Origin: Rozella allomycis CSF55
Taxonomy: Eukaryota
NCBI GenBank assembly: GCA_000442015.1
Contig: KE560945.1
Coordinates: 1-64,000 of the forward strand
Direction: 5' to 3'
DNA length: 64,000 nt
The translations under genes were made by a program, and so were the position numbers. The notes under the pieces are model-generated. The model made no database searches, was not told the origin of the DNA, and saw nothing but the letters and a program-made list of their open reading frames with translations. Below, piece after piece: positions 61,054 through 64,000 of this stretch (positions are counted from its first letter, which is position 1; each line of letters begins with the position of its first letter).

Positions 61054-63827
61054 TTATTGAGATACTAGTTTCCTTTTTAAAACCTTTTTGTTTAAGAGGT
61101 AGAGTTGATTTAGTTTTGCATCCAATTCTTCATCGGCGTAAAAGGTAGATTGATGCTTTGATTCCCAAAGTTTTTTGAGCAAATTCAAGGCGCCAAGATT
61201 GAAATTTACTTGTTCCTATTAAGGTTTAAGAAATGAATTTACTTTGATGCATTTGAGATTATTTTCATTTCCAACTAGAAGATTGTCGAGCATTGTTTTG
61301 AATTCAGGAGAGCTTTTAAGTTGGTTGAAATGAATTTGACAAAGGAATGAAGCGATTCTTGTAGATAGCGAAGGATTGATTTGGCTATTTAGAGATAAAA
61401 ATGAAAGAAAATGGGAAGCATAAGAAAATGGAAGGACAATCAAAGCGTCTTCAAGCTGAGCGAATGAAATTTTGTCTAAAACTTTGAAAACGTAAACTTC
61501 TGCAGAAATATTCCCATAAGCCAAAAGAATTGGATTAGTTTCTGAAATTTCGGATTTTGATTCCAGAAAAATGTCCAACGCTTCAATTATTTTCTCACCC
61601 AACGTTAAAGTTTCAGCAGTAGCGATTGTTGGTCTTTCATTGTCTTGATTTTGTAAAATCGACGCATCAATTAATTCATCGACTTGTTTTTCTCTTTCTT
61701 CTTCAATGAAAACTTGATCTTCTGTTCTTTGCCACATTCTAATGGATCGATCATGCGATGCGGAAACTACGAAATTTCCATGTTGGCTTATCGCCAAGCC
61801 CCAAACTTCACCTTGATGGCCTTTTAAATTCATGATATTCTCTCTTTTATCTGCATCCCAATATTTAACCATTCCATCTTTCCCTGCAGAAAAGAAATAA
61901 TGAGTGTTGGCCACAAATTTGACTTGAGTCACCGAATCTTGATGAGCAAAGAATGACTTGTGGCAATCACCAAAGTCCATTCCCCAAACCTTCACATTTT
62001 TATCAGCTGATCCAGTCAAAATTAATGTATTATCAGACGAAATATCCAACGACAAAACTGGCAACTAAAAATAAAAAGAAAATTCAAGTTTTACTTTGTG
62101 TCCATATAGTGAAATGTAAAATTTTAATGAATCAGCAAAGAATATCTTCACGGTCGAATCTAAAAGACCAACTGCGATGTATTTCTGGTCATTGCTGTAA
62201 CAAACACACAGAATATCATCATTCATCTTTAATGTCCTTGTTAAACTAAGACTTAATCTTCTTTGCGTCAATGAATATTCCTTATCTTCTACAAGCTCAA
62301 AATCCCAAAATTTAACCAACTTGTCCCCTGAACCTGAGACTAAGCCTCTTCTATCAGGACGAATTTGAAGGGACCAAATAGGCCCTTCGTGTGCTTCTAT
62401 CTGTTCTATTACAAGAGAAGTTGAAATATCATAAATAAATATATTTCCTTCTTTGGTTCCAATAACAATCTAATCCAGCAAACTTTACAACAATTACCTG
62501 TCTATCTCCTGGTACAAACACACAAGATAACGCAAATGGACAATTAAAAGTTCTCACAAGTTTTCCGCTTGACGTATTCCAAATCTTTACGCAATCAGAA
62601 GACGCAGAGACAAGTTGAATGTCATCAGAAGAAAGACTAACCACTCTAACATCCGATGAATGCCCAAATCGATCAAGCTTGCAAACTTGTTCAATTTCCA
62701 ATTCAAATGACTTTTCATTCTTTTTAACTTTGAAAAAATATTCTTCGATTGAATTATTTGAAAGCGAAAAAACGACCTATTTCAGAAATTTCAAAAATCT
62801 ACTTTGGCGCCATTTTTCATGGCAATCAAATCACAAGATTTTATTTTATGTTCACATTTGAAAACTGTTAATTTTTCAAATTCATCTTCAAAGCAACTTT
62901 TTTCATCTGAAACTCCCTTTCTTTTAGCTCTTCTCTTGACTTTCCTATCGATTTCTTCTCTAGTTCTCATTCTGAAAATATCAACAGATTTGTCATTGGA
63001 TTGAACAAAAATTAAATTGAAATTTGTGAAAATGCAACGAATCGTTCTTTCGCGACTTTGTTTCTCCAAACATCCAGAAAATACAAAAATATTCTAAATT
63101 ATTATTTAAGCGACTTAAAATACCTTGTTAGATTCCAGAGACGTTAAATTTTCAACGTTAATTGAATAAAATCTAATTTGTTGATCTTTCGATCCAACTA
63201 GAAGGTACTTTAAATCGGGGCTTAGCGTTAAAGAATAGACTTCATTCTTATTGTCCACAATTGTTTCGATGCATGCCTTGCTGCCAAGTTCCCAGCATTT
63301 AACAAGCATATCTTTAGAAGATGAAATCAAATATTCGTCATTCAAGAATACAATGTCAGTCACTGCATTTTTATGCCCTTGAAGTCTATAAAGTCCACAT
63401 TCTCCAAATACATCCCAAACAACAATATCACAATCTTTAGATCCAGATGCCAGCTTTGTTCCATCTTTTGAGAAAACAAGTTTGGTTATTCCTGATTTAT
63501 GACCATTAAATACTATTAATGGACTGGCATACTCATTCTTCTTCCAAATTCTAATAGATCCATCATTGTAACCCGCCGCAAGTAAACCATCGTGAGATTT
63601 TGCTATACAATTTATACTAGTAAGACAATCTTGATCTATAATGTTTTTAATCTTTTATCTTGAATATAAATTATTACTCTTTCTTGTAATCTCAAATTCC
63701 ACACAGATACAGATTCCAGAGTTGGAACTATAACATTTTCACCATCTTGTTCGTAAAGAATATTTCCTTCACTAGATATTACGCCAAAAGTTGAAAAAGG
63801 TTCGTATTTTAAATAAGAATGAACCAT
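61054..63827 (-). CDS. UTP12: SSU processome WD40 protein Utp12/Dip2/WDR3, multi-exon
   Basis: 'MVHSYLKYE', 'LASGSKD.DIVVWD', 'GHSSDVR', 'SLYGHK|LPVL', 'WGMDFGDCHKSFFAHQDSV' and the Utp12 domain 'LEDALIVLPFS'. Confidence 0.95.
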
Positions 63828-64000
63828 TTCTTAAAATTTTGTAAGACCAGGGTTACACTGTGTATTTAGTTGCAAGAATAGTTTTTATTTAATAAATCCA
63901 AAAGCGAAATAATGCTGCTCTCTCTGTTATTTAATGTTGACTGTAGTTTATTCACTTGTGCTTCCAACTGAGAAATTTCTTGTAGCATTTGTTCCTTTTC

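Overview
Eukaryotic, AT-rich and very gene-dense DNA. Most spliceosomal GT-AG introns are tiny (about 24-30 nt), intergenic gaps are often under 100 bp, and AATAAA signals overlap stop codons. Four single N characters (7874, 9132, 16334, 17837) mark assembly joins. Fungal-type genes (Skn7/Prr1, Slm1-like PH protein) occur with centriole/flagellum-associated and animal-like genes (LRRCC1, EVG1, FIBP, LRWD1, focadhesin) and a Crinkler-type effector. This points to a zoosporic early-diverging fungal relative, most consistent with Rozella (Cryptomycota); the identification is an inference. The window holds about 37 protein genes, four complete tRNA genes and one gap-truncated copy, and a decayed Ty3/Gypsy RT fragment. 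The most notable observations are: (1) a sense-strand ACCCT[G/T]G element just upstream of at least 8 start codons, with AAATTT-like cores, resembling microsporidian core promoters; (2) divergent gene pairs with only 15-50 bp between ATGs; (3) a 4.2 kb gene-poor, CpG-rich island bracketed by two identical direct-repeat tRNA-Pro(TGG) genes; (4) an intronless signal-peptide plus F-box protein and other candidate host-manipulating effectors; (5) an intronless RNase H1 between two assembly gaps, next to a retrotransposon remnant. Spliced gene boundaries were inferred by eye and are approximate.
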